DNA of 64,000 bases. It comes from the human T2T-CHM13v2.0 reference genome, Homo sapiens. Each line of letters starts with the position of its first letter. Within the stretch, counting starts at the first letter, position 1. Of the stretch, positions 14,751 through 41,279 are shown in pieces. The translations under genes were made by a program, and so were the position numbers. The stretch lies in the NCBI RefSeq assembly GCF_009914755.1, contig NC_060943.1. One strand, given 5' to 3'. Below the pieces are notes generated by a model. That model saw nothing but the letters and a program-made list of their open reading frames with translations, made no database searches and had not been told where the DNA came from.

Positions 14751-16127
14751 CCTCGGTGATTCATTTGCAACTCAACTCAGCTTTGGAACTCCTCAGCCCT
14801 GAGTTTGGTCTTTAGTCGCCTCTGAGAACTTTAATTCCTCGAATATAAAGTGCAGGTGTTAAAAGCTTTTGTCTCATATGATTGCTGTAAGATTTAAATA
14901 AAATTGATGTATTTATTTAGGGAGCCGTGGCTCAAGCCTGTAATCCCACCACTTTGGGAGGTGAAGCGGGCGGATCACTTGAGGTCAGGAGGTCGAGACC
15001 AGCCTGGCCAACATGGTGAAACCCGTCTCTACTAAAAATACAAAAATTACCTGGTGTGGTGGCACGTGCCTGTAATCCCAGCTACTGGAAGCCTGAGGCA
15101 GGAGAATCGCTTGAACCCCAGAGGCAGAGGAAGTCATTCACCTTGAGGCCACACCTAGAGAGGATGACACGTGCATGCCCACCTCCCAAGCCCCTAACCG
15201 CACCCACTCTGCTGCCTCCCCAAATTCTCTGTTAGTGGCCGTTTGGGAGGTTAACAATGAATTATGATTCCTTACTCCACCTGACAGTGTTGAAATCCTC
15301 ATTCCTTTCCCATCTCTAGCCTGTTCTGTGACATTTCAGGCTTTCATGCTTGCTCAAAGATTGTAGTGGTAATGTCAGAAGCTTCCTCCTACAGCAGCTG
15401 TGAGGCCTCAGGTAATTTACAACCTCTATGAGGCTCAGTCTTCATATGTGTAAATGGGAATAATAATAAGTCATACCGCCTTGAGTGTTGCAAGGGTTCA
15501 AATGAGATAATACGGCCGGGCGCAGTGGCTCACGCCTGTTATCCCACCACTTTGGGAGGTGAAGCGGGCAGATCACTTGAGGTCAGGAGTTCCAGACGAG
15601 CCTGGCCAACATGGCAAAACCCTGTCTCTGCTGAAAATGCAAAAATTAGCTGGGTGTGGTGGCACATGCCTGTAATCCCAGCTACTCAGGAGGCTGAGGC
15701 AGAAGAATTGCTTGAATCCAGGAGGCAGAGGTTGCGAAGAGCCGAGATCTCACCACTGCACTCCAGCCTGGGTGACAGAGTGAGACTCCACCTCAAAAAA
15801 AAAAAAGTTATTTATTTGTGCTTTAAAATTTTTTGTTCTTTCTCTCTTCTTTTGTTTCTAACAAAAATGCCCTTCAGAAGAAAGTCAAATACTACTGCTG
15901 CGATTGCTGTTATTGTTATTATTACTGAAGAACAAGCTGGATTCAGTGGCATGCACCTGTAGTCCCAGGTATTTGGGAGGCTAAAGCAGGAGGATCCCTT
16001 GAGGCCAGGAGTTCAAGGCTGCAGTGAGCTATGATCGTGCCCACATTTAGCCACTAGACTCCATCCGGGGCAACATAGTGAGACCTTATCTTTAAAAACA
16101 TGAAAATAGGCCAGGCATGGTGGCTCA

Positions 16128-16489
<362 letters not shown>

Positions 16490-16515
16490 TCAGGAGATCG
16501 AGACCATCCTGGCTA

Positions 16516-16888
<373 letters not shown>

Positions 16889-16995
16889 CTACTTAGGAGG
16901 GTGAGGCGGGAGGATCGCTTGAGCCAGGAGGTCAAGGCTACAGTGAGCTGTAATCTCACCACTGCACTCCAGCTTAGGTGACAGAGCAAGACTCA

Positions 16996-17491
<496 letters not shown>

Positions 17492-17656
17492 CTAGTGCAG
17501 AGAGACAAGACAATAAACTTGGGCTTGGCCGGGTGCAGTGGCTTACACCTGTAATCCCAGCAGTTTGGGAGGCCGAGGCGGGCGGATCACTTGAGGTCAG
17601 GAGTTCAAAACCAGCCTGGCCGACATGGTGAAACCCCATCTCTACTAAAAATACTA

Positions 17657-17854
<198 letters not shown>

Positions 17855-18786
17855 CTAGAGCGTGCATTCTAGTGCGGAAGAGACAAGACAATAAACTTGG
17901 GCTGTCAGCTGGAACTAAGCGTTGGGAGAAAGCAAAAGCATCCTATGAGTGACAGAGTGAACAGTTCAGCCACTGGAAGGAAGTGACATCTGCACTGAGA
18001 TCTGAAAGATAAGAAGGAGCCCATGGCATAATGTGGAAACATTCAAAGGACGCGTGTGAAGCCCTGAGGCAACAGAGAGGTTTCCATCTCTGTTAGCAGT
18101 GCTCACAGACATGGTTTTATCCCCACTAATCCAGGAGACCAGCTCACACTCCCATTTTCCTGATTTGGAAGCAGATAAGGGTAATGAGGCTTGCTGTGGC
18201 CCAAACCCCAGGCATAAGCAAGAAATCTGAACTCAGATGTTTCTGATCCTTGTCTGCATCTCCTATCAGACACCCTGGCTACCCCTGCACTCGGCTGTCT
18301 CCAACTAGACATTTCCTTCAAGGGACAGTCATGTATTCTGAGCCCAGTGTTGGGTCCTGCGATGGGTGATACCAGGGACCCAGTGGCGAACAAGACAGTT
18401 CTGGCCCCGTTCTGCTGGGACTCAAAGTTCAGGGGGGGACACAGATAGTGATGATACAGAGTGGGCAGGGCTGGGATGGGGGAGCCCAGAAGGGATGCTT
18501 GACCAGGCTTGGGGGTCAGGGAGAGCTTCCTGGAGGAGGAGGCATCGGAGCTGGGATATGAAGGAGTTGGACCAATCCCAGGGAAAGAATATTCCAGACA
18601 AAGAGAATAGCACATGCAAAATCCCAGACTTCTGGCCAGGCATGGTGGCTCACGCCTGTAATCCCAGCACTTTGGGAGACTAATGCGGGTAGATTGCTGG
18701 AGACCAGGAATTCCAGACCAGCCTGGCCAACATGGCAAAACCCTGTCTCTTCTGAAAATAAAAAGTAAAAAAAATAGCCAGGACTA

Positions 18787-18972
<186 letters not shown>

Positions 18973-19381
18973 TCAAAGCACAGATCTAACTGGGCCACCC
19001 CTACTCTCTGAACAGCCCCAGTGGCCTCCCTCAGGATGAAAACCACTCTTCAGCTAGGCATCTGTCCGCTTGGTGATTCATTTATTCATTCATTCAACAA
19101 ACCACATCCACAGAATAGAAGACTGAGAGACATCAAATAGAAGGAGACGGATGCCCATGAGCTGACATGGGATCGTTGTGATGACTCATCTGGCCAATAT
19201 TTATCAAACACTGAGAAAAACAGATGAGGAGCCGGGAGCAGTGGCTCACTCCTGGAATCCCAGCACTTTGGAAGGTTGAGGTGGGTGGATCTCTCAAGGC
19301 CAGGAATTCAAAACCAGCCTGGCCAACATGGTGAAACCTCATCTCAACTAAAAATACAAAAATTAGCGGGGCGTGGTGCTA

Positions 19382-19570
<189 letters not shown>

Positions 19571-20049
19571 CTAGCACTGATATTCTAGCAGCAGGACACG
19601 GTCAATAAATACTAAACATAATATGCATGTAGGCTAAGTGGGTTATCTGGCTTGTAACTTATTGTCACAAAGCAGAAAGTGCTGTGGAGGGAAATATATA
19701 TGTATGTATGCATGCATTAGGAAAAGTGAGGAATTAGATGAATGAAGGGTAAATTGCAATAATAAATCAGGCTGGGATCAGTGGTTCACAACTATAATTC
19801 GAACACTTTTGGAGGCCAAGGCAGGAGGATCACTTGAGCTCTGGAGTTCAAGGTTATAGTGAGCTGTGATCGTGCCACTGCTGCACTCCAGCCTAGGGAA
19901 CACAGTGAGACCTTGTCTCTAAAAAAATAAAAATTAGGTGGTCACAAAAGTATAGAGGGAGGCCAGGCACAGTGGCGCACACACTTGTAATCCCAGCAAC
20001 CTGGGAAGCTGAGGCAGGAGGATCGCTTAAGCTCAAGAGTTCGAGGCTA

Positions 20050-20217
<168 letters not shown>

Positions 20218-20309
20218 TCAGGAGGCTGAGGCAAGAGAATCACTTGAACCCAGAGGACGGTATTGCACCACTGCACTCCAGCCTAGACGACAGAGTGAGG
20301 CTCCATCTC

Positions 20310-20340
<31 letters not shown>

Positions 20341-20601
20341 TTTGAGACCAGCCTGGGCAACATTTCGAAAGCTCATCTCTATGAAAGAATACAAAAATTA
20401 ACCGGGCGTGGTGATGCACGTCTGTGGTCCCAGCTACTCAGGAGGATGAGGTGGGAGGATCACTTGAGACTGGGAGGTTGAGGCTGCAGTGAGCAGAGAT
20501 TGCACCACTGCACTCCAGCCTGGGTGACAGAGGGACACCCTGTCTCAAAAAAAAAAAAAAAATAGAAAGGGGAAAATCAAGGTGCGAGAAAGTGTGTATA
20601 G

Positions 20602-21398
<797 letters not shown>

Positions 21399-22494
21399 TG
21401 AAATCTGTCATCTTGACCTTGGATCTCACTTAGCAGCTGAAAGATCTTGGGCAAATCATTCAACTCTCCTGTCTCAGTTTGCCGGGCTGTGCAGTGGGGA
21501 TCACTGTAGCTTCTGCCTTGGAGATCACGGAGGGGTGAGCAGAGTTCATGTGTATGGAGTGCTTTGGTTGGTGCCCGGCAAATCACAACCCCATGGTATT
21601 TTAAGTTATGACGACTTTTTGCAGATAAATATTATAAAGAACGGAAAAGAAAGAAAGATTTCTTCTAGGCTGAGTGCGGTAGCTCACACCTGTAATCCCA
21701 CCACGTTGGGAGGTCAAGACAGGTGGATAGTTCAAGTCCAGGAGTTCGAGACCAGCCTGGGTAACATGACAAAACCCCGTCTCTACCCCCAAATATACAA
21801 AAATTAGCCGGGCGTGGTGACGCAGGCCCGTAGTCCCACCTATTCTGGAGGCTGTAGTGAGAAGATCGCCTGAGCCTAGGAGGTGGATGTTGCAGTGAGC
21901 TGAGATCGTGCCACTGCACTCCAGCGTGGGAGACAGAGTGAGACCCCATCTCCGAAAAATAAAATAAAAGAGAAAAGAAAAGAGATCGCTTCCAGTGCAT
22001 ACCCCGGGCACAGATTCACAAGCTGGGAGCTTTTCCCCTGAGGACCCAGGGACCACTGGACAAAGGGAGGCCTGAGAGGCCCCTGAGGGACCCAGCAGCT
22101 GGTGACCGGGCTGCGGTGTGGAAGCTCTGGCAGCCCTCCAGGTAATCAGCGCCCCAGGGTTTGGACAAGAGGCCCAGGCCAGTTGGGCAACTTGAGCACA
22201 GGCCAGGCTCAGCCTAGTCACTGCCCACCCACTCTAGGGCTAGAGGTGCCAGACAGGGGGATGTTGGAGGGAGGAGGCTCCAGGACTCAGGAGACCCCAG
22301 AATCCTAGACCCTTCAGGGAATGTGGGGTGGGTCTAAGCCAAGAGGGCATGGTTTGAGGGTTTGGATGATGTTGCCTGGAACGCCTCACACCCTGCCCTC
22401 CCGCTTCTTAGAGAGGAAAATATACCAGCTGGTCTCAGCCGGCTTTCCTCCCCCTAAGCCAAACCTCCTACCCAGATTCTGATTTCATCATTGG

Positions 22495-22525
<31 letters not shown>

Positions 22526-22940
22526 CTGGGGCTCCAGGAAGGGGGTGAGAGAGACCAGGAAGAGGCTGGATCCCACAGAGCAGAGAGGCCCTTTCTGGCC
22601 TCAGTTTGCCACCTAGGAAATGGCTTTAGGTCTTGTCTTGTATTGTCTTGTCTTTTTTCTCTTTTCTTTTCTTTTCTTGAAACAGTTTTGCTCTCTCGCC
22701 CAGCCAGGAGTTCAGTGGCGCAATCATAGCTCACTGCAGCCTCAAACTCCTGGGTTCAGGCTATCCTCCTGCTTCAGCCTCCTGAGTAGCTAGGACTATA
22801 GGCACACGCAAACATGCCTGGCTAATTTCTTAAATTTTTTTGTAGGGGCCGGGAGCGGTGGCTCACGCCTGTAATCCCAGCACTTTGGGAGTCCAAGGCG
22901 GGCGGATCACGAGGCCAGGAGATCGAGACCATCCTGGCTA

Positions 22941-23881
<941 letters not shown>

Positions 23882-24139
23882 TTAAAATTACATGGGTTTA
23901 TTCTCTGAAAAGTCCAGAGATTCCAGCCTGGACAACATAGCAAAACCCTGTCTCTACAAAAATGCGAAACTTAGCCAGGCATGGTGGCTCATGCTTGTAG
24001 TCCCACCTAATTGGGAGTCTGAAGCAGGAGGATCATTTGAGCCCAGGAGGCAGAGGCTGCAGTGAGCCAAGATCACATCATGGCACTCCAGCCTGGGTGA
24101 CAGAGCAATACCCTCTCTTAAAAAAAAAAAAAAAAATCC

Positions 24140-24560
24140 AGAGAGTGAAGTTCGAAATGGTTTCACTGGGCTGAAACCAAAGCGTTAGCAGGGCCACGCT
24201 CTGTTAGGAGGCTCTAGAGGAGAATCTACATCCTTGCCTTCTCCAGCTTCTCGAGGTCATCTGTGTTCCTCGGCTCATGGCCTTTTCCTCCATCTTCAAA
24301 ACCAGCAGCATAGAATCTTCAAATCTCTCTGCTTCCATCATCCCACTGCCTTCATTCTCTTCTATGTCAAATATCCTTCTGCCCCTCTCTTATAAGGGCA
24401 CTCGGGATTAATTTACGGCCCACCCAGTTAGGCCAGGATCATCTCTCCATCTCAAGATCTTTTATTGACTCACATCTGCCAAGTCTCTGTTGTCATTTAA
24501 AGTAATATTCACAGGTTCTAGGGACCAGGATATCTTTGAGGTTTATTAGGCAGCCAACCA
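24140..24560 (-). mobile_element. MaLR LTR (MLT1-like)
   Basis: Typical MLT1 phrases (ctctagaggagaatc...ccttgccttctccagcttct, tcacatctgccaagtc). Confidence 0.65.
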
Positions 24561-24659
24561 CAGGAGCCATGCATGGATACAGGGTATGTAAATTCATGGG
24601 ACTGGTTGGAGATTCACTAGGAAGTGAGTATAGTAGGGCCAAAGAAAACAATGGGTTCA

Positions 24660-24803
<144 letters not shown>

Positions 24804-25285
24804 CTACAAAAACATTAAAAAAATAGATAGGTGTGGTGGCATGCAACTATAATCCTACCTACTCAGGAGGCAGGGGCAGGAGGATCACCTGAGCCCAGGA
24901 GATCGAGGCTGCAGTGAGGTACGATTGTGCCACTGAACTTCAGTCTTAACACACACACACACCAGAGTGCATTGTAAAAGTAATTATTATTTTGTGAAAT
25001 TTTTGCTTAATTTATATACATATTTGCACACATACTGCATTCCAGGTAAAATATACATCTAGCTAGGGTGTGGTAGCTTGCACCCAAGTCCCTGCTAGTG
25101 AGAGGCTGAGGTGGGAAGACTCCTTGAGCCTAGGAGTTCAGACCAGCCTGGGCAACACAGCAAGTCCCCATCTCTAAATTAAATTCCTTGAGCTCAGAAA
25201 TTGGAGGCTGCAGTGATCTCACCACTGCATTCCAGCCTGGGCAACAGAGCGAGACCCCATCTCTAAAAATAAAATAAATATGCTA

Positions 25286-25597
<312 letters not shown>

Positions 25598-25703
25598 TCA
25601 TAAAATAAATACATGAAATGTATACATCCTGTTGTGGATCAGGTGTCTCTAGTTCAAAATTACTTGAGAAACACTGGTGTGCCAAGCCTTCTGTGGTCCA
25701 TGA

Positions 25704-25970
<267 letters not shown>

Positions 25971-26637
25971 TGATCCACCCGCCTCGGCCTCCCAAAGTGC
26001 TGGGATTACAGGCGTGAGCCACCGCGCCCGGCCTCCTCGCACATTTTTCTCTTCATTTCTCCAGAATCTTCACATTTCCACTCAGGAATCTGCTGAGTCC
26101 ACCAGTCTGGGTCACGTGTCTCCCCAGGCTTCCCCCAGGCCCCTGGACTCCTAATCCCAGCCCTGGCCACCCTGAGTGGTCAAAGTCTGGGGACCACGGT
26201 TTGCCACCTCCATTGGACTGAGGGTGGGGGTTGGCTGTCTCCACCTCCACTGTGTCCCAAGCACGGCCCTGCCTGGGGCCAGGCACACAGAAGGGTCTTC
26301 AGGAATGTGGGTTGATGCTTTGCTTTCAGAAATAGGAAGGAGGACCGGGAGCACTGGCTCACCTCTGTAATCCCAGCTACTCCAGAGGCTGAGGCTGAAG
26401 GATCATTTGAACCCAGGAAGTGGGTTCAAGTGACTCCATCTCAAAAAAAAAAAAAAAAAAAGGCTGGGCTCAGTGGCTCATGCCTTAATCCCAGCACTTT
26501 GGGAGGCGGAGGTGGGTGGATCACCTAAGGTCAGGAGTTTGAGACTAGCCTGGCCAAGACGGCGAAACCTCATCTCTACTAAAAATACAAAAAATTAGCC
26601 GGATGTGGTGGTGGGCGCCTGTAATCCCAGATACTCA

Positions 26638-26742
<105 letters not shown>

Positions 26743-27012
26743 TCAAAAATAAATAAATAAAATAAAATAAAAATTAAAAAAATTAAAAAGTAAATTAAAT
26801 TAAAAATAAAAAAGAGAAAGAAACAGGAAGGAAAGGAGGAGATGTCAGGAGCGTTGCACATTCCAGCCTGGGGAACTGGAGAACAGCCCTGCCCTTCTCT
26901 TCCTACCTCCCTGATTGTTTATTTAAGAGCTGGCCTGTCTGGGCGGCTCAGCCCTGTCTCCCCCAGCTGCAGGGTGGCAGGCCCCAGTGGCTCCTGGTGC
27001 AATTGTAACTCA

Positions 27013-27313
<301 letters not shown>

Positions 27314-27325
27314 TCAGGTTTCTGA

Positions 27326-27862
<537 letters not shown>

Positions 27863-28234
27863 TGACACCCCCCTACTTCTTAGATGATCTTGGGTAACGG
27901 ATTCCATCTCTGAACCTCGGGTCATCTCTGAAATAGGATGAAAGTAATACCTACCCCAGATGTGCCAGCAGCAGTAAAGAAAACCTTAGCATAGGTCTGG
28001 GCAATGCCATGAGATCAGTATATTAGGGGCTGGGGGGCCTATGACTGTGATTGTTACTTTTTGCTTTAGAGAGCCCTAGTCAGATGTGAGTCAGGCCATA
28101 CAATGCAGCCTCTGAAGGGACATAGCCCTATGGGCGTGGAGGGGGAGGTTGTGAAATAGCCTTGCCCTGGGGGTCTGAGGGAACAGGGTCCTACCCTGGC
28201 GGGTCTAAGGCCTGCCCTGGGGGTCTGAAGGATC

Positions 28235-29447
<1,213 letters not shown>

Positions 29448-29691
29448 CTAGACATCCCTTGAATAAACTAGCTAATGAAAGGTCCCACCTCCACTTCTCC
29501 TTTCTGAGAGAAGTGTGAGGCCTGGGGCCTGGATTTGAGAGGTGTTAGAATTTGCACTTTAGCCCAGAGTGAGGAGCAGTGTAGGTGCTGATTAACAGGA
29601 ACTGGACAAAGTCCTCCCAGAGCTGAAGAGCCCTGGCATTTTGGGGGTGGGAGGGGCAGGGCAAAGGGGCTCCAGTGAGAAGCACACCTGA

Positions 29692-30170
<479 letters not shown>

Positions 30171-30389
30171 TGAGCCACTGCCCCCGGCCCGAATGCCAAT
30201 TAAAAAACAAAAAACTTTACTATTATTATTTTTATTTAAGGGACAAGGTCTCACTCTGTCACCCAGACTGGAGTGTGGTGGTGAGATCATAGCTCACTGC
30301 AGCCTCTAACTCCTGAGCTCAAGTCATCCTCCCATCTCAGCCTCCCGAGTACCTGGGACTACAGGTGTGCACCACCAATACACACATAC

Positions 30390-30429
<40 letters not shown>

Positions 30430-30443
30430 GATAGATAGATAGA
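30390..30443. repeat. (GATA)n tetranucleotide microsatellite
   Basis: Seen directly. Confidence 0.95.
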
Positions 30444-30458
30444 TTAGTTTGTTTGTGA

Positions 30459-30725
<267 letters not shown>

Positions 30726-31264
30726 TAATGTTTATCGAACATTTACTATAGCCCAGAGGTACAGCTTCTCAGCAAACCAATGGGTCCTATTAATATCCTC
30801 ATTTTATAGCTGAGTAAACAGAGGTACAGACAGGTGATGTGACTTGGCCAAGGTCTCACAGCTTAATTGAGAGAGTCACATTTTTTTCTTTCTCTTTTTT
30901 ATGATTATTTTAAAATTTTTAATTTTTTTTTAGGGACAAGATCTCGTTCTGTCACCCAGGCTGGGATGCAGTGGCATGATCATAGCTCACTGCAACCTTG
31001 AACTCCTGGGCTCAAGCAATTCTTCCGCCTCGGCCTCCTGAGTATAGCTGTAATCTCAGCACTTTGGGAGGCTATGCAGGGTGGATTGCTTGAGCCCAGG
31101 AGTTTGAGAACAGCCTGGGCAACATGACGAAACCCCATCTCTACAAAAAATATAGTAGCTGTGTACCAGCTACTCGGGAAGCTGAGCCTGGGAAGTCAAT
31201 GCTGCAGTGAGCTGTGATTGCAACACTATACTTCAGCCTAGGTGTTGGAGTGAGACCCTGTCTC

Positions 31265-31267
<3 letters not shown>

Positions 31268-31311
<44 letters not shown>
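31268..31311. repeat. (CA)n microsatellite (Alu tail)
   Basis: Seen directly. Confidence 0.95.
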
Positions 31312-31313
<2 letters not shown>

Positions 31314-31731
31314 CCTGACAGAGGCATGCACTGTTGAAGGTGATAACGTGGAAGAGGACAAAAGTGACAGGCCAGGTGCTGGGCCTCATGGCAGCGTTCA
31401 AACTCCTGGAGCCAGCTATGCCTGAAGCCAGCCCATCGATTCCTGATGTCGCTGAAGAGTTACAATCAGGTTTTCAGCCACTTGAAACAGAAAGAGACCA
31501 AACGTACCCAGGGAAGGGACAAGTGGATTCAGCCCACTGATACGGCAATGGGAAGTAGGGTTCATGGAAGGGGGAAAGGCGGGACCGTGTAAAAGTGAGT
31601 AGGAACACGACCCATTCCAGGGGACAGACAGCAGATCATCGGGGTGGCTGCCATGCAAAATTTATAAGGGGTCATGGTGAGGTCATGGTGCCACCTTTCA
31701 GTTGCAAGAGAAAGGGAGAAGCCGTGACTAT

Positions 31732-31870
31732 TGTGAAAGCAAAGTAGAATCTCAGGACCCCGAATTCACTAGGTCAAAGGGAAAATTAAGCTGGGGAACT
31801 GAGGCACCAGTACTGTCTTCCTTTTGTTCCCAGATTGCTGTAATTTTCCAACCCCGTATCATAGCTTAAT
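31732..31870 (+). mobile_element. MER4-group LTR 5' fragment
   Basis: tgtgaaagcaaagtagaatctcaggacccc...aagggaaaattaagctggggaactg. Confidence 0.55.
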
Positions 31871-32902
31871 TTACTCTTTTTTTTTTTTTTTTTTCTGAGA
31901 CAGCGTCTCGCTCTGTTGCCCAGGCTAGAGTGCAGTGGTGAATCTTGGCTCACTACAACCTCCGCCTCCCGGGTTCAAGCAATTCTCCTGCCTCAGCCTC
32001 CCGAGTAGCTGGGACTACAGGCACCCGCCACCACGCCTGGCTAATTTTTTGTATTTTTAGTAGAGACGGGGTTTCACTGTGTTAGACAGGATGGTCTCGA
32101 TCTCCTGACCTGGTGATCCACCCACCTCAGCCTCCCGAAGTGCTGGGATTACAGGTGTGAGCCACCACGCCTGGCCATTTTTTAAATTTCATTTTATTTA
32201 TTTTTTTTGAGATGGAGTCTCACTCTGTTGCCCAGGCTGGAGTATAGTGGTAAGAGCTCAGCTCACTGCAGTCTCCACCTCCCGGGTTCATGCGATTCTT
32301 GAGCTCAGCCTCCTGAGTAGCTGGGATTACAGGTGCCTGCCACCACACCTGGCTAATTTTTATATTTTTAGTAGAGACAGGGTTTCACCATTTTGGCCAG
32401 GCTGGTCTTGAACTCCTGACCTCAGGTGATCCACCTGCCTCTGCCTCCCAAAGTGCTGGGATTACAGGTGTGAGCCACCGCACCCGGCCAACACCGGATC
32501 GTATCTTGAAGGGAGAAGGGCTTCATGCAGGATCAGTGGGGAACATCAAAGGGTCTAAGCAGCAGAGTGACACAATCAAGTTTGTGTTTAGAAGCTTCTG
32601 CACTCTCACACATTTGCTGGTGGGTGTGGAAGTTGGTACGGCCTCCCTGGAAAGCCATTAGGCAAAAGGCCTTAATTTTAGATCCTCCCACACCCTTTGA
32701 CACAGCAGTTCTTCTCTGAGGGATTTATTCCACGGCTATTGTCTTGCATGCGAAAAATCACCACAGCCCTGCTTGCAGTAGCAAAAGACTAGAAGCAAAC
32801 TAAGCACATACCAGGAAGGAACCAGCAAAATATGTTGTGGCCATTCATGCTATGGAACACTAGACAGCTGTAGAAAAGAATGAGCCACGTTTACAGGCAT
32901 TG

Positions 32903-34384
<1,482 letters not shown>

Positions 34385-34478
34385 AGACACAAATGGATCT
34401 TCAAGAAGAGAAAGCAAAAGCCAACTTTTGGAAAATGGCCTGGAAGGTTCTACACTGCTCACTCCCTTAATTTTAATT

Positions 34479-34525
<47 letters not shown>

Positions 34526-34982
34526 TTTTTTGAGACAGGGTCTCACTCTGTCACCCAGGCTGGAGTGCAGTGGCGCAATCGCAGCTCACTGCAGCCCCCT
34601 GGGCTCAAGCGATCCTCCCATCTCAGCCATCTGAACTACAGGCACGCACCACCGCACCCAGCTAATTTTAAATTTTTTTTTTTTTTTTGGAGATGGAATC
34701 TCACTATGTTGCCCAGGCTGGTCTCAAACTCCTAGGCTCAAGTGATCCTCCCACCTCGGCCTCGCAAAGTGCTGAGATTACAGATGTGAGCCACTCGCCC
34801 AGCCGTCATTGTATTTCTGTACAGCACTGTCTTTCTCCCCCACTAGAATGTCACCTCCACAAGGGTAAGAACTTGATCTATTTTGGATTGTTTTTTGTTT
34901 TTGTTTTTGTTTTTGCCATATGCCCAGTGCCTAGAAAAGCACCTGGCATATAATAGGTACTTAGTAAACCTGTGTTGAATAA

Positions 34983-35201
<219 letters not shown>

Positions 35202-35389
35202 TAACCAGGATGTTCTCAATCTCCTGACCTTGTGATCCACCCATCTCAGCCTCCTGAAGGGCTGGGATTACAGGCTTGAGCCACCGCGCCCGGCCAATTT
35301 ACGCTTAAGGAAAAAAAAAAGGTGCACCAGCCTGGACAATATAGTGAGATCCTGTCTGTACAAAAATTTTTAATAAATTATCCAGGTGT

Positions 35390-37991
<2,602 letters not shown>

Positions 37992-38189
37992 AAATTAGCC
38001 AGGTGTGCTGGTGCACGCCTATAGTCCTAGCTACTTAGGAGGCTGAGGTGGGAGGATGGCTTGAGCCCAGGAGTTGGAGGATGCAGGTGAGCCCTAATTG
38101 TGCCACTACACTGCAGCCTGGGTGACAGACAGAGAGACAGAGAGACCCTGTCTCAAAAATAAATAAATGAGGCCAGGCAAGGTGGCTCA

Positions 38190-38625
<436 letters not shown>

Positions 38626-38755
38626 TCAAATAAATAAATAAATTAAATAAATGAAAGTTGCAGACACATGTGAATGACCTGGGCAGCATTTCTCCACCTG
38701 CGCTTGCATTTGCTAGACAGTCTGTGACTCTCTGTGGGAGAAAACACAAGAAACC

Positions 38756-38981
38756 GGCCCCTCTGCTGGTTCCCCACCTGGCCTGGCTCTCCTGTTCTCC
38801 ACCCTGCACACTCATGCCTCGGAACCTGCTTCTCCTCTGAGCCTCCCTCACAGTGGCCCGGCCCACGTGGCCTTTAATCTGCCCACATCAGAGCCTCCAC
38901 CTCCGGCCTATGGCCCATCAGAGGCAGCTGGAGCCGGGCATCCTCCCCACGTGGGCCTTTGAGGATGGGATGAAGGAAGCT
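38756..38981 (+). repeat. Left arm of non-Alu inverted duplication
   Basis: Hand alignment to the reverse complement of 42161-42385: 27 differences in 226 positions. Confidence 0.95.
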
Positions 38982-39487
38982 GAGCGGAGGTCGCAGTGCC
39001 TCCCAGGAGGGGCCTGGAGGGGAGGGAACAGGGGAGAGGAGAAGGTTTTTCCACTGTGTCCCCTCCTGTGACTGTAGAAATGAGCCATGTGACTTCAATT
39101 ACCTATTAACATTTTTTGAAGTGTTCTATAAAAAGTGCCAGCCTCGGGCTACCGTGGGGAGCAGGGAAGGAGGAGGGTGAGTCCAGGCGTGAGGAGGCCG
39201 GAGCGGTGACCCGGGAGTGGGGACGGCCGGGGCTGCCAGGCAGTCACAGCCTGTCCCAGAAGGCCCCGTGGTGGAATGCTGTGCAGAAAGTCCTTAGAAG
39301 GCTCTGGCGGGGGCGGCCTGTCCCTCAGCACCCTCCTCTCTAAGCCAACTTCAGGGTTTCCCGGAAAGGCATCTCCTCCACCACCTCTGCCCCTACCCAA
39401 AATGATCCCCAAATGTCTGGTGGATAAAAACTCTCGATCTTTCCTTCGCACTAGGTCTGTAAGGGTGGGAGCTGACTCACATCTGGC

Positions 39488-39642
39488 CCTCCACCTCCAC
39501 CCTTCTCCTCTCTCCTCCCCGCCTCCTTCTCTCTCACCTCTGTCCTCTCCCTTCCTCTCCCTCCTCTCCCTCTTTCCCTCCTATCCCTCCTCCTCCCTCC
39601 AACCCCTCCTCCTCCCACTGCCTCTCCCACCCTCCCTCCTTT
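39488..39642. repeat. Polypyrimidine/polypurine (CT-rich) low-complexity tract
   Basis: Seen directly. Confidence 0.9.
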
Positions 39643-39729
39643 CAGCGAGACACAACCTCCTCCAGGGCCCCCAAAAAACCAACCCTCTCTCTGCTCCACA
39701 CCTTTGCCCCTGCTGTTCCCTGGTAGATT

Positions 39730-39845
39730 TCATTTGAATTTCTCTGATGATTCATGACATTGAGCATCTTTTCGTGTGCATTATGGGCCATTTGTATGTC
39801 TTCTTTGCAGAAATGTCTATTCAAGTCCTTTGCTCATTTTTGAAT
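39730..39845 (-). mobile_element. Old L1 (ORF2 C-terminal region) fragment
   Basis: Translation MNRHFCKEDIQMA...EKMLNVMNHQRN resembles L1 ORF2 MNRHFSKEDI. Confidence 0.7.
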
Positions 39846-40404
39846 CGGGGTGCCTGGAACTCTCTGCCCTCATCCCCGCCCCCGCCACCTCTTCACCAAA
39901 CCCTGTTTTCTCCTGGAGATCTTGGATCCTTCCTTCATCTAACAAATATTTGCCGGACGTCAACCCTGTGTCGGGCACCCTGCCAGGGATTGGGGAACAC
40001 AGGGTTAGGAGAGGCTACATTGTAGTGGAGAAGGCAGGAAATAAAGGAGTCAACAGAGACTGCAAACAAGGGAATGTTTTCTTTTCTTTTTTTTTTTTTT
40101 CTACAGTGTTCATGGGCTTGATTTAAAAGCTTGCTTATTTATTTATTTATTTATTTATTCATTCATTCATTTATTTATTTTTGAGACAGGGTCTCATTCT
40201 GTCACCCAGGCTGGAGTGCAGGGCGTGATCTCCACTCACTGCAACCTCTGCCTCCTGGGTTCAAGTGATTCTTTTGCCTCAGCCTCCTGAGTAGCTGGGA
40301 TTACAGGCGCCCGCCACCACGCCTGGCTAATTTTTATATTTTTTGGTAGAGACGGGGTTTCCCTGTGTTGGCGAGGCTGGTCTCGAACTCCTGGCCTCAA
40401 GTGA

Positions 40405-40608
<204 letters not shown>

Positions 40609-41012
40609 TGAGTAGTTGGGATTGCAGGTGTGCACCACCACACCCGGCTAGTTTTTTCTGTTTTTAGTAGAGACAGGATTTCACCATGTTGGCCAGGCTG
40701 GTCTCGAACTCCTGACCTCAGGTGATCTGCCCACCTCGGCCTCCCAAACTGCTAGGATTACAGGCTTAAGCCACCGTACCTGGCCTATTTGTTTTTGGAG
40801 ATGAGGTCTCGCTATTTTCCTCAGGCTGGACTCAAATTCCTGGGCTCAAGTGATCCTCCCACCTCAGCCTCCCAAAATCCTAGTGTTTACAGGTGTGAGC
40901 CCCAGCACTTGACATAAGAGAACTATTTTAAAATTTATTTTTAGAGACAGAGTCTCACCCCATCACCCAGGCTGGAGTGCAGCAGTGTGATCATAGCTCA
41001 CTGCAGCCTTGA

Positions 41013-41279
<267 letters not shown>

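Noticed and set aside
38910-38930. Possible CTCF motif ccatcagaggcagc in the inverted-repeat arms
   Set aside because: Does not fit the core spacing CCASYAGRKGGC well enough to call by eye.
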